NCBI GenBank assembly: GCA_025057015.1
Contig: JANWYG010000022.1
Span: 26,864-90,863 of the forward strand
Length of the DNA: 64,000 nt
Direction: 5' to 3'
From: Blastocatellia bacterium
Lineage (GTDB): Bacteria; Acidobacteriota; Blastocatellia; Chloracidobacteriales; JADJPF01
In this document: positions 37,701 through 46,151 of the stretch, in pieces
How the letters are laid out: the number at the start of each line of letters is the position of its first letter
How positions within the stretch are numbered: the stretch's first letter is position 1
Made by a program: the position numbers and the translations under genes
Notes under the pieces: model-generated
What the model was told of the DNA's origin: nothing
Database searches by the model: none
The model's input: only the letters and a program-made list of their open reading frames with translations

Positions 37701-38916
37701 AGTTCTGCAACTTGCCGCTTGTGGCCTACACATAGAAGTGGATGCGTTGGCGTTGTACCACCTCAACTACGGTAGATTGTTGATGCAGATAGGCCATCAT
37801 AGCAAAGCTGAGGCAGAGCTGCGTCAAACGCTCGAACTTGCCAGACAGCTGAAATCGCTAAAGCTGATGGGACGTGCGTTTACAGCCCTAGGTGAGCTTT
37901 ATAGGCAGTACGGACAGTTGACACGTGGCCTTGAGTATGGAGAACAGGGACTTACTTTGCTCAGCTCTACTGAAGATACTGAATGGGAAGTTCAGGCGCT
38001 GTTAGTCGTAGGAGCTGCTCATGAGGGCCTAGGGGCATTTTCTTCTGCACTAGAAACCTACAAAAGTGCTCTGGCATTAGCGCGTAAGCTCCGCGACCAA
38101 ATTAACGAGGCTAACGCTCTCTGGGGTATAGGATTTACTTATTACAGGTTTGGACAGTATGAACGAGCTAGAGCTTCGGCCCAACAAGGGCTAGATATAG
38201 CCACCAAAAGCAACGATAAGCTGGGACAACAACGGTGCCATAGCTTGCTTGGAAGCGTCTACCTGGGTATAGGACGATTTGAGGAAGGGCTGAAGCACTT
38301 TGAGTCTGCTCTTAGAATAGCGCGCGAGCTAGGGTATAGACTTAGCGAATCAGTCATATTGAACAACATAGGCGAGTGTTTTAGGCTGCGTAAAATGTAC
38401 AAGGATGCACGAGAGAACTATGAACAGGCGCTTCTGCTCGCCCAAGAGACGAACGATCGAGTAACTCAAGGCATCGTGAAACTCAGCCTTGGATTGGTAG
38501 AGCAGGACAAAGGAAACTACAATAAATCTCTGGAACTGTTGGAAGAAGCTCTGCGTCTTGCCTGTGAAACAGGAGCTACGCCCACACAACTAGAAATCTC
38601 CCTTGCTCGAGGGAAATCGCTGTTCGAGCTCGGCAAGATTGAGGAGGCCTTGGAGCACTACCATCACGCGCTGGACCTGGCGCGACATTCCGGTAGCCCA
38701 GTTTTCGAATGGCAAGCGCTCTATGGTCTCGCAAAGTGTGAACGTCGTCTTGGAAATGCGGCCGAAGCACTGAAGCTAGTACAGCTCAGCTTGGAAATTG
38801 TCGAGCAAATGTCGTCTGATCTGAAAAGTTCCTCTGATAGAGAGAATTTTCTCAGAGATAAACAGATGCTTTATCTCGATCTAGTGGAGCTTACTGAAGC
38901 TAAGAAGATAGTCTAG
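34726..38916 (+). CDS. Zinc ribbon - Ser/Thr kinase - degenerate GGDEF - STAND ATPase - TPR multidomain protein
   Basis: CPSC..CPQDG; GSGGMA, VAIK, HRDLKPEN, DFG; HDSLTGL..DRFK..EGDNF; GDAGVGKS, LFLDDLQWAD; MalT-type TPRs. Confidence 0.92.
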   Translation: MLVKRCPSCQNEYSATLPTCPQDGTSLREVIAVDPMIGQVLEGKYRIESLLGSGGMAAVYLATHRELDSKVAIKVLSSESLKNSLAVARFRREAQAVAKIRHRSVVAIYDIGKLPSGNTFLVMEYIEGHSLREELKKHKRLDIRRAVQIATEICEGMQAAHDVGIIHRDLKPENIMIESRKSNSYIKIVDFGVAELCENAVNDALTRLTEAGMMVGTPYYISPEQCKGEELDHRSDIYSLGIMLYELLTGEVPFRGRTLSAVILQHVSEPAPSIRQVRPEVSKALESVVLSALSKSKEDRPASMLEFAQELTRAVEQTASLGNTIVGSSLSVSNLPSATNTGSIKRTTGQIRRTGMLTHDSLTGLHSYVYFLGQLEEAVARALQTGESLVVALIGIDRFKKFNEHGYLVGDQVLREVATLVNKRVPSEAKLSRLEGDNFVLMLTGQYAKEADLLLENIVRTVEETEIRLPVLPESFARVSISVGTAVLREHAQTASELIDFAKQSLRQAKQRKYAELATDSTPQISFEHFVGRRKELEKLQKELELTVSGKGRVLFISGDAGVGKSRLVDEFRRRLIGKDILFLQGRFYESGGTVPYKVFYDSLRSSIHYLAENSEELELIFGPLSERVRQDFADDDSISSLLGSVTLSGNAEQEKYKLFDYLSRIYSSLSHVRPVVLFLDDLQWADELALDFLSYLTRVVQHSRVFVIATMREWEVSSEQSPVRSWLRQMGRYCSYEQIKLSPLTESEVRQIIDQTFGKIQISPGTLSLICSETKGNAFYLMEVMRLLIQDEVIRWVDGRWRVEDVNEIRLPTSVVDLVEAHLAKLPDKTLEIFVTAAVLGDGFSFDVLASVTDMDEDDLLPIIEEGLKKRIIKEEVSGREERYVFYQSTMRKVLYERVSRRRRKKLHQQIGHKLEEMYGSKVNKIAAELAYHYYQAEDYGRSLKYSIEAGNLAWRVLAVSEALKYYEWTEKSIRNLMATLREEGGKGSNQVLQLAACGLHIEVDALALYHLNYGRLLMQIGHHSKAEAELRQTLELARQLKSLKLMGRAFTALGELYRQYGQLTRGLEYGEQGLTLLSSTEDTEWEVQALLVVGAAHEGLGAFSSALETYKSALALARKLRDQINEANALWGIGFTYYRFGQYERARASAQQGLDIATKSNDKLGQQRCHSLLGSVYLGIGRFEEGLKHFESALRIARELGYRLSESVILNNIGECFRLRKMYKDARENYEQALLLAQETNDRVTQGIVKLSLGLVEQDKGNYNKSLELLEEALRLACETGATPTQLEISLARGKSLFELGKIEEALEHYHHALDLARHSGSPVFEWQALYGLAKCERRLGNAAEALKLVQLSLEIVEQMSSDLKSSSDRENFLRDKQMLYLDLVELTEAKKIV

Positions 38917-38937
38917 CTTTCACTCTCTTGGAGAGTT

Positions 38938-39645
38938 ATGAAGCTGCTAAAAGTAACACTGATTTGCCTGCTGGTTTGCCTGTCTGCGTCTCCGACGCAG
39001 AAGAAACGTTCATCTCGACCTGGCAGAATGCAACAAGCAACGCAGCCTGTTAAGCCCCCGCCGCCTGTACCTCTGCCGCAGGAACCGGAAATCATCCGGC
39101 CGCCGGAGAAAAAGCTCTCCATAGAAGAAATTAGCAATCTGCGCGCTGTGATGGAGACTTCCTTAGGTAACATAGTTCTGGATTTCTATCCTGAAGCTGC
39201 TCCAGAACACGTTCGACAGTTCGTCTGGCTTAGCCAAGTAGGTTACTTCGACGGCATGTCGTTCAGTAGGATACTGCCTAAGCTGCTTATCCAAAGCGGA
39301 AACTATGCCTCTTGGCAGGAAGATAATCCTAATCTGAAAAAGCGCTTCGACATACCGAAGCTCAAGGCAGAATATAGTCCCGCTGCCCGACATGACCGCG
39401 GAGCCTTGTCAATGGCCAGACCTAACGACGATCCAGACGGCGGTACGTGTCACTTTTTCATCTGTGCTACGCGTATACCAGCTCTCGATGACAAATACAC
39501 AGTCTTCGGATATGTTTCAGAAGGCATAGAAGTAGTAGAAAAGATAGCCGAGCAGCCTGTTGATGGTGATAAGCCCTTGAATAGGATAGAAATTAAGCGG
39601 GTTAGCATAGTGCAGAAGGCTTCCAATGATCCTAGTAATAGATAA
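38938..39645 (+). CDS. Exported cyclophilin-type peptidyl-prolyl isomerase
   Basis: Signal peptide, Pro-rich linker, GYFDG..FSR, HDRGALSMAR, LDDKYTVFG. Confidence 0.88.
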   Translation: MKLLKVTLICLLVCLSASPTQKKRSSRPGRMQQATQPVKPPPPVPLPQEPEIIRPPEKKLSIEEISNLRAVMETSLGNIVLDFYPEAAPEHVRQFVWLSQVGYFDGMSFSRILPKLLIQSGNYASWQEDNPNLKKRFDIPKLKAEYSPAARHDRGALSMARPNDDPDGGTCHFFICATRIPALDDKYTVFGYVSEGIEVVEKIAEQPVDGDKPLNRIEIKRVSIVQKASNDPSNR

Positions 39646-40192
39646 TTATGACTCCTTCACCTATAACCTGGTGCAGTACATAGGAGAATTTGACCAGTCC
39701 GTCGCAGTCTATCGTAATGATCGGATCAGCATAGAAGAGATAAAGCGACTGTCGCCCAAGCGAATAGTAATCTCACCAGGCCCGGGACGTCCAGAGACTG
39801 CGGGAATTAGCCTAGAAGTAGTGCGTCAGCTGGGCAGCTATGTTCCCATACTAGGAGTATGTCTGGGTCATCAAGTAATAGCTGTCGCTTTTGGTGCTAA
39901 AGTAGTACACGCCCCTTACTTGATGCATGGTAAGACTAGCGAAATCTGTCATGACGGCCTTACTATATTCAAGGGGCTAGAGTATCGTTTTGCCGCAACG
40001 CGCTATCATTCGCTGATAGTTGACCGAGATAGCATACCACCGGTGCTTGAGGTAAGTGCTACGACGCCTGACGGGCTGGTGATGGGCCTGCGCCATAGGG
40101 AGTATCCAATAGAGGGTGTGCAGTTTCATCCAGAGTCGATAATGACTACTTGTGGTAAGACGCTAATTAAAAACTTTCTGAGCTTGAGATAA
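39626..40192 (+). CDS. trpG: Anthranilate/aminodeoxychorismate synthase component II (glutamine amidotransferase)
   Basis: IDNYDSFTYNL, SPGPG, GVCLGHQ, RYHSL, QFHPES (complete Cys-His-Glu triad). Confidence 0.93.
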   Translation: MILVIDNYDSFTYNLVQYIGEFDQSVAVYRNDRISIEEIKRLSPKRIVISPGPGRPETAGISLEVVRQLGSYVPILGVCLGHQVIAVAFGAKVVHAPYLMHGKTSEICHDGLTIFKGLEYRFAATRYHSLIVDRDSIPPVLEVSATTPDGLVMGLRHREYPIEGVQFHPESIMTTCGKTLIKNFLSLR

Positions 40193-40499
40193 AGACTAAG
40201 CTGCTCGAATCAAGCTGAGCTACTTGCTTTTCAGCCTTCAGGCATTGAGAAGACAGTTGCCCTGTGGCTGAGCAGACTTTTGACTCGAAGAGATGTCTCT
40301 TTATCAGCTCGACAGGCTCTAGTAAATCGTACTCAAGCCGATTAATGGCCTTGAAAGAGGACTTTTTCGTCCTCTCTAGGCACATTGGCCCGTCAGCATA
40401 CTCTGAAATCCACGGCTCGGCCTTAAAGGTCCTGCTAGAGAAGAGGTGACCTGTCCTGGTGGATGCAGGACCTAGCCTAGGCGACAGGTATATCGTCAT
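40167..40499 (-). CDS. Possible hypothetical protein
   Basis: ATGA overlap with the PNP stop codon and fills a 300-bp gap; no recognisable motif. Confidence 0.3.
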   Translation of the reverse strand: MTIYLSPRLGPASTRTGHLFSSRTFKAEPWISEYADGPMCLERTKKSSFKAINRLEYDLLEPVELIKRHLFESKVCSATGQLSSQCLKAEKQVAQLDSSSLVFISSSESF

Positions 40500-41308
40500 A
40501 GCTCAGGTATTATGGCGCTGAGTAGTTGTATAAACTTGTTACTTACGCTTTCGCCTACTTCGACTACATCCTGATGGTCCAACAGACCGCCGTTTATGCC
40601 GGCCGCCATGTTGGAGATGCACGATAGGCCTAGGACACGTATGCCGCAGTGGCGTGCTGCTATTACCTCTGGGACTGTAGACATTCCGACAGCATCACCG
40701 AAATTGCTGAGAAAGCGTATTTCAGCAGGCGTCTCGTAACTGGGTCCTGGTATAGCTATATATATCCCTCTGCGCAATCTGATACCGAGTGCTTCAGCTT
40801 TACTCAGCGCTATGCTGCGCATTTGCTGATCGTAGGCTTCGGTCATGTCTGGAAAGCGTGGTCCGAAGCGCTTATCGTTCGGTCCACGCAAGGGATTAGC
40901 GCCTAGCAGGTTCACATGATCTTCTATCAACATTAGGTCGCCCGGCTCAAACTCTCTGTTGAGAGCTCCAGCGGCATTGGTGATTATCATCTTCTGGATG
41001 CCGGCTAAGAAGGCTATGCGTACTGGAAGGACTACTTCTTCGAGGCTATAGCCTTCGTAGTAGTGGAATCTGCCGGCCATTACTGCTACTGCCGCCGAGC
41101 CGCAGTGACCAACAACTAGTTTGCCAGCGTGCCCTTCTACTGTAGTCCTAGGAAGATGGGGTATCTCGGAATAGTTAATCGTGACCTTGTCGCTTAGCGT
41201 GTCTGCAAATTTGCCTAAGCCTGAGCCGAGTATTATCAACAGCTTGGGATGTATATCTAAACGAGACTTTATATACTTTGCAGCCGCTTCTGCTTTTTCA
41301 TAACTCAT
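40496..41308 (-). CDS. punA: Purine-nucleoside phosphorylase (trimeric, PunA/XapA type)
   Basis: ILGSGLG, VEGHAG, GRFHYYEGY, TNAAG, GPSYETPAE, VGMSTVPE; ATG 41308 with AGGAG RBS. Confidence 0.95.
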   Translation of the reverse strand: MSYEKAEAAAKYIKSRLDIHPKLLIILGSGLGKFADTLSDKVTINYSEIPHLPRTTVEGHAGKLVVGHCGSAAVAVMAGRFHYYEGYSLEEVVLPVRIAFLAGIQKMIITNAAGALNREFEPGDLMLIEDHVNLLGANPLRGPNDKRFGPRFPDMTEAYDQQMRSIALSKAEALGIRLRRGIYIAIPGPSYETPAEIRFLSNFGDAVGMSTVPEVIAARHCGIRVLGLSCISNMAAGINGGLLDHQDVVEVGESVSNKFIQLLSAIIPEL

Positions 41309-41318
41309 TCTGTTCTCC

Positions 41319-41714
41319 TTAATCCACCACGAAGTAAGAGACTGGAGTAATGTTGCCTTCAACTATATGGAAGGCTCGAAGTTCAAGCGTCTTTGCAGAG
41401 AAGATGAAGTAGATTAGTTGTGGATAGAAAGCCATCTTTACGTCAGTGGCCGATGGATAGGCTTCGGAATCTGGGTGTGAGTGGTAAATTCCTAAATGCT
41501 CTTGCTTACGCCTGCGCATTCTACGGATAGCCTCAAAAAGTTCTTCAGGCGCCGCAAAAAAACTCTTTGTGGGCGTGATGGCTCGATTCGTCAGAGGATA
41601 ATAGTCCATCAACAGTCTATCTATGCCGCCTAATATGCCACAACATTCGCTTGGCAAGCAGTCTCTGGCATGCAAGCGCATTTTTTGCTCTGCTTCTTGC
41701 CGTAGTCTGTACAT
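41319..41714 (-). CDS. Mov34/MPN/JAB (M67) metalloprotease
   Basis: PSECCGIL and YHSHPDSEAYPSATD JAMM motif. Confidence 0.9.
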   Translation of the reverse strand: MYRLRQEAEQKMRLHARDCLPSECCGILGGIDRLLMDYYPLTNRAITPTKSFFAAPEELFEAIRRMRRRKQEHLGIYHSHPDSEAYPSATDVKMAFYPQLIYFIFSAKTLELRAFHIVEGNITPVSYFVVD

Positions 41715-41752
41715 AATAATTTCTGTTATCGAAGTATAATTATATATTCGAG

Positions 41753-42931
41753 GTGATTTTTCAAGAGCATGACACTGTGGATCTAAAAGGCGCCTGCTTT
41801 AAGGTAACGGTAGAGAAGCTTGCTTATGGCGGTGACGGTATAGCGCGTCTAGGAAGCCAAGTAGTTTTTGTGCCAAGATCCGCCCCGAAGGATGTTTTGC
41901 TAGTTCGCATAAGCAGCGTAGAGAAGCATTACCTGCGAGCTGAGCCGGTGACCATAATTGAGCCTTCCCCTTGGAGGCGTGAACCTGCATGTCCCCGGTT
42001 CGGTATCTGTGGTGGTTGTCAGTTGCAACATCTGCGGTATGAGGCACAGCTTGCTGCAAAAGCTGAGTTTATTAAAGAGGCACTGCGTAGAATAGCACAT
42101 ATAGAAGTAAACGTGCCTATACTCTATTCTGAGGAATTTGGCTACCGAAGTAGAGCTCAGTTCAAAATAGCTTACAATCCCTTGCGAGTGGGTTTTTATC
42201 AAAGCGGTACAAACGAAGTCTGTGACATAGACTACTGTTACGTGCTTGAACCTGTTTTGAACCAAACTCTTCAAGAGCTTAAGCAAAGTACCTTTCATTC
42301 AAATAGTACTAAGGTCGACGTAGCGTCCGGGCAGGACGGTAAAGTAGTTGTAAAGGGAATGTCTTCCGAAGAAGACTATGTGCAAAGGTCCGTCTTAGGG
42401 ATAACTTACCGATACTGTGCAGGAAGCTTCTTTCAAGTTAACAGCAAGCTTCTTGAAGCTTTGGTCGCTACTGCAGTCGCAGACTTTGGAGGAGATCTGG
42501 GAGTGGATCTCTACGCCGGTGTGGGTCTTTTTTCTCTACAGCTTGCCCGTAGGTTTGGCAAGATCATCGCAGCAGAAGTAAACCCGCTAGCAGCGAAGTG
42601 GGCAGCTACGAATATTGCTTTGAATAAGCTGACGAACGTAGATTATCGTCGGATGTCAGCAGAGAAGTGTCTTCAGATGCTCTGCAGAAATTGTGTACGG
42701 CCAGATCTACTGCTTCTAGACCCGCCAAGGGCAGGCGCTTCGCCCAAAGTCGTAAGCTCAATACTTGCTCTGAGACCTAAGCACGTAGTCTATGTCTCCT
42801 GCGAACCCACAACTTTGGCGCGCGACTTGAAAGTGTTATTAGAAAAGGGATATAGCTTGGCCTCTATTACAGGCATAGACCTCTTTCCACAAAGCTATCA
42901 CGTCGAGACTATAGCTACGCTGAGGGCATAA
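41753..42931 (+). CDS. rlmD: TRAM-domain 23S rRNA m5U methyltransferase (RlmD family)
   Basis: CPRFGICGGCQLQH, SFFQVN, DLYAGVG, DPPRAG, YVSC, DLFPQSYHVE. Confidence 0.9.
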   Translation: MIFQEHDTVDLKGACFKVTVEKLAYGGDGIARLGSQVVFVPRSAPKDVLLVRISSVEKHYLRAEPVTIIEPSPWRREPACPRFGICGGCQLQHLRYEAQLAAKAEFIKEALRRIAHIEVNVPILYSEEFGYRSRAQFKIAYNPLRVGFYQSGTNEVCDIDYCYVLEPVLNQTLQELKQSTFHSNSTKVDVASGQDGKVVVKGMSSEEDYVQRSVLGITYRYCAGSFFQVNSKLLEALVATAVADFGGDLGVDLYAGVGLFSLQLARRFGKIIAAEVNPLAAKWAATNIALNKLTNVDYRRMSAEKCLQMLCRNCVRPDLLLLDPPRAGASPKVVSSILALRPKHVVYVSCEPTTLARDLKVLLEKGYSLASITGIDLFPQSYHVETIATLRA

Positions 42932-42977
42932 GTCGCCTCTGCGTTTGTGCTTTGAAGAGATGACTCGCTCACACTAC

Positions 42978-44111
42978 TTACTTCAAGAGCTCGTCGACGG
43001 TCAGCTCTGGAGCAGCTTTGCCGTGCTCATAGACTAATAGCCCTATGTCCTCGTAGTAAGGACGTATTCGCGAGCTTAATAAGCCGATGCGCTTTAGGTT
43101 GGGAATCACGCGCCGAAACATAGTCTGTCTAAAGAGATTGAGCAACCGACTGTCAAGTATTAGCTTGTCCCAATCTGAGCGCTTCATTTTGTGGGAGTAA
43201 TACTCATCATAGACTTCGTGCATGAGGAATCTGTTTCTGAGTAGCAGCGATAGCTCGAATGCCAGGTCTTCGCGGTCCCTGCGTTCAGTCTCAGGAAGCT
43301 GTTTGTAGAACACTTCCAGTGCTAGCACGCCGTAGTGTACATGTCGGGCTTCGTCTTTTATGACATACTTGAGAATTTCTTTGAGCAGCGGGTCTGAAGT
43401 AATTTGTCGAATGGTGCCAAAAGCTCCTAGGGCAAGCCCTTCGATCATGATCTGCATACCTAGAAACTTTATGTCCCACCGACTATCTGTCATCAATGTA
43501 TCTATGACAACATACAGATTGTCATTTATTTCATAGAGTTTGTTAAGCTTTTCGGTCAAATATCTGTGAAAAGCTTCCACGTGACGGCCTTCATCTACGA
43601 CTTGAGTACTTCCGTAGAGTTTTGCGTCAAGCCATGGAACAGCTTCTATTACCTGTGCTGAGGCATAGAGTGCGCCTTGTTCGCCGTGGAGGAACTGGCT
43701 GAGCAGCCAACTAAGGACGGCGTATCGTTGCTCTGCACGTTCTTTATCGTTCATCTTTTCCCAAAGAGGTAGACTAGAGGAAGGGACAAATTCGTCTGGT
43801 AGCAGTGTCTCTTTTTGGGGATCTACATCCTGAGACCAGTCTATATCTTTGGAGACGTTCCACTGAGCTGTCTTAGCAGCCTCATAAAGACGAGTCATTT
43901 CGGGAAATTCGCGCCTGTAGTGCCAGTTGAAATTGGCATTGTAGACCACCGCAAGTTCGGTCTGCTCGTGTTTTTTAGCACACTGCTTGATAAAACCTCT
44001 GAAAGCTGGCCCTAGGAGCGAGGCTAGGACACGTACGTTTTTGACCATAGTGGCTTCGCGTAGCAGCGGTCCACTCTGCATTAGGTTATTTACAGATCGA
44101 CTTATGTCCAT
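42978..44111 (-). CDS. Ferritin-like di-iron protein (AurF/N-oxygenase-like)
   Basis: SQFLHGEQGAL, DEGRH, EGLALG, DEARH di-iron motifs. Confidence 0.85.
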   Translation of the reverse strand: MDISRSVNNLMQSGPLLREATMVKNVRVLASLLGPAFRGFIKQCAKKHEQTELAVVYNANFNWHYRREFPEMTRLYEAAKTAQWNVSKDIDWSQDVDPQKETLLPDEFVPSSSLPLWEKMNDKERAEQRYAVLSWLLSQFLHGEQGALYASAQVIEAVPWLDAKLYGSTQVVDEGRHVEAFHRYLTEKLNKLYEINDNLYVVIDTLMTDSRWDIKFLGMQIMIEGLALGAFGTIRQITSDPLLKEILKYVIKDEARHVHYGVLALEVFYKQLPETERRDREDLAFELSLLLRNRFLMHEVYDEYYSHKMKRSDWDKLILDSRLLNLFRQTMFRRVIPNLKRIGLLSSRIRPYYEDIGLLVYEHGKAAPELTVDELLK

Positions 44112-44118
44112 AACACTC

Positions 44119-44706
44119 TCAGCTTTGGGATTTTCTTATCACCTCACCAGAAAGTAACATCCAGAAAGTCTCAGTAAGCTCATCAGGAGTTAAACCGCTT
44201 GAATGCTCGACTACCCAATTGAGAGCTCCCAAAACCATTTGTTTAATCAGCTTTAGGTCTATATTCTTGCTCAAGCAGCCGGCTGAGACAGCTTCATAGA
44301 GTAGACTGTCCCAGAGAGCTTCGTAGCGAGTACGCAGCCTTTCTATTCTGCCACTAGCTGCTTCGCCTAACGATCGCCAGCCATAAAGCAGAATGTAAAT
44401 AGAGTCGTCGCCTGATAGCAGGAGTTCTAAGTGTGCTTTGACCGCTAGCTTCAATCGCTCTGCCGGATCGTTAGCTTTACCGACTGCTTGCCGCAAAACG
44501 GAAGTGGCTCGCTCTAAAGCATCGTCCATCAGCTTGACTAGAATTGCTTCCTTTGTTGGATATCTGTAATGCAGGCTGCCCGGCAAAATCTTCGCAGCAG
44601 CAGCTATTTCCCTCACCGTAGTCAGAGCAAAGCCTTTCTCGCGGAATAGCTTAGCTGCTGCCTTCAGCAGCCTTTCTGAGCGTTCCTTGGCAAGTTTCTT
44701 GGTCAT
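44119..44706 (-). CDS. TetR-family regulator (KstR2-like C-terminal domain)
   Basis: AAAKLFREKGFALTTVREIA...GSLHYRYPTKE; LGALNW. Confidence 0.92.
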   Translation of the reverse strand: MTKKLAKERSERLLKAAAKLFREKGFALTTVREIAAAAKILPGSLHYRYPTKEAILVKLMDDALERATSVLRQAVGKANDPAERLKLAVKAHLELLLSGDDSIYILLYGWRSLGEAASGRIERLRTRYEALWDSLLYEAVSAGCLSKNIDLKLIKQMVLGALNWVVEHSSGLTPDELTETFWMLLSGEVIRKSQS

Positions 44707-44852
44707 ATGACCAAGATAGCAGATGCCGTCTAGACATGCAAGTAGGTTTTGGGGATGTCAGGAGTCTTTGCTCTCGACTTGAGATTGGCTTTAGGAGTCT
44801 TAAGTGTAGCCAAGAGATTTTGCGGAGGAGACTCTCGACAAGGGGCTTAGTG

Positions 44853-45401
44853 TTATAGTTCTCCTCTCAGTCTTTTGGCGCTTTTCTGGATGCGGAATAG
44901 TATGGAGCGTAGCTGGTCTACGCTGTCTTTAAGCTCGTTTAAGAAGACTAGATCCGGAGGCTGCCCACTGGCCAACTCGGAGATGACTATTTGTAACAAC
45001 ATAGAGGTGTCTGAAGATATTTTAAGAAGGGTTTCGTAATAGTCGTCGGGGCGGCTATGCCTACCGAGGAGAGGGTCGGTATATTCTTCTGTAGTCTCTG
45101 CTTGTTCTTCGGAATATAGCCATTTCTGCTGCCAGCCACTGCCTAGGAATTCGAGGATCAAGCGAGGAATTCGATCATTACCTATGAGAGTATCTTTGAC
45201 AATAGCAGGCGAGCTGAAGCTACCATCAGGCAGCTTCAGCTCAAGCAGCTCTCCGACGGCCACTTCGTGATTAAGAAACACTCGTGCACCGTTACTTGTA
45301 ACAAAGTCAGTGACGGTATGTTCGGTGCGATAAGTGTTTCCTTCTTGGTCTATGAACTCTAATACGACGTCTACCATCATAGGAATCTTGTCTTTCGGCA
45401 T
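44853..45401 (-). CDS. Degenerate PilZ-like domain protein
   Basis: TEHTVTDFVTSNGARV...VGELLEL pattern followed by a C-terminal helical region. Confidence 0.55.
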   Translation of the reverse strand: MPKDKIPMMVDVVLEFIDQEGNTYRTEHTVTDFVTSNGARVFLNHEVAVGELLELKLPDGSFSSPAIVKDTLIGNDRIPRLILEFLGSGWQQKWLYSEEQAETTEEYTDPLLGRHSRPDDYYETLLKISSDTSMLLQIVISELASGQPPDLVFLNELKDSVDQLRSILFRIQKSAKRLRGEL

Positions 45402-45456
45402 AGCTTCCCTTTCCGGCTGGGTTATACCAAGATTTTACTTGGAAGGGACAGTGTAG

Positions 45457-46056
45457 TCAAAAAGCAGGTTTTCCCCACTTGCCGGTATATACGAAGCTAG
45501 ATATCTCTTTACGGGTACGGGCAGTAAGCTCGCGTTGACGCAAGTGTTCGGGCAGTCCCTCTACAGAACCGAGATAGCCGATAGCTATAGCAGCTACTGG
45601 CTCGTGGGTATCTGGTATCTCGAACATCGTTCGAGCTTTATCGATGTAAAAGCCTCCCATTTGATGGACGCAAAGGCCTAAGCTTGTAGCTTGTACTAGC
45701 ATACATCCTACGGCAAGGCCTACGTCGTGGAAAGCATGTCGGTTTATGGCACCGTTACTTCTGTGCAGCTTTGCTACAGATAACATCAGCACAGGTGCAC
45801 GAGACGCCCATTCGACGTTGGCTGGCACTAGGCACTCTAGCATTCGAGCGTAACTTTCGGCATCATCCTTAGTTGCTATGAGAAAATACCAGGGTTGCTC
45901 ATTAGCGCTGGAGGGTGCCCAGCGCGCAGCTTCAAACAGGCTCAGCAATTTCTCCTTTTCTACTGGCCTGTCAGAGTATGCCACCGTGCTCCAACGCCGT
46001 CTGAGAACATCTTCTATAGGGTACTTGTTGTTGGCTAGCTTTACCGTGTTTTCCAT
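45457..46056 (-). CDS. Nitroreductase family protein
   Basis: RRWS, AARWAPSSANEQPW, HQMGGF; ATG 46056. Confidence 0.92.
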   Translation of the reverse strand: MENTVKLANNKYPIEDVLRRRWSTVAYSDRPVEKEKLLSLFEAARWAPSSANEQPWYFLIATKDDAESYARMLECLVPANVEWASRAPVLMLSVAKLHRSNGAINRHAFHDVGLAVGCMLVQATSLGLCVHQMGGFYIDKARTMFEIPDTHEPVAAIAIGYLGSVEGLPEHLRQRELTARTRKEISSFVYTGKWGKPAF

Positions 46057-46151
46057 AATAGCTCCATAAAGAGTTCTAGAATAAAATAGAATCTCACGTC
46101 CGGTAAGCATGCTCAACTTTATCGAGCTGAGAACTACCAGGGGCAACTGTT

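Noticed and set aside
41319-41714. JAB protein as part of a CBASS/Bil defence system
   Set aside because: No cyclase, E1/E2 or Ubl genes nearby; housekeeping context.
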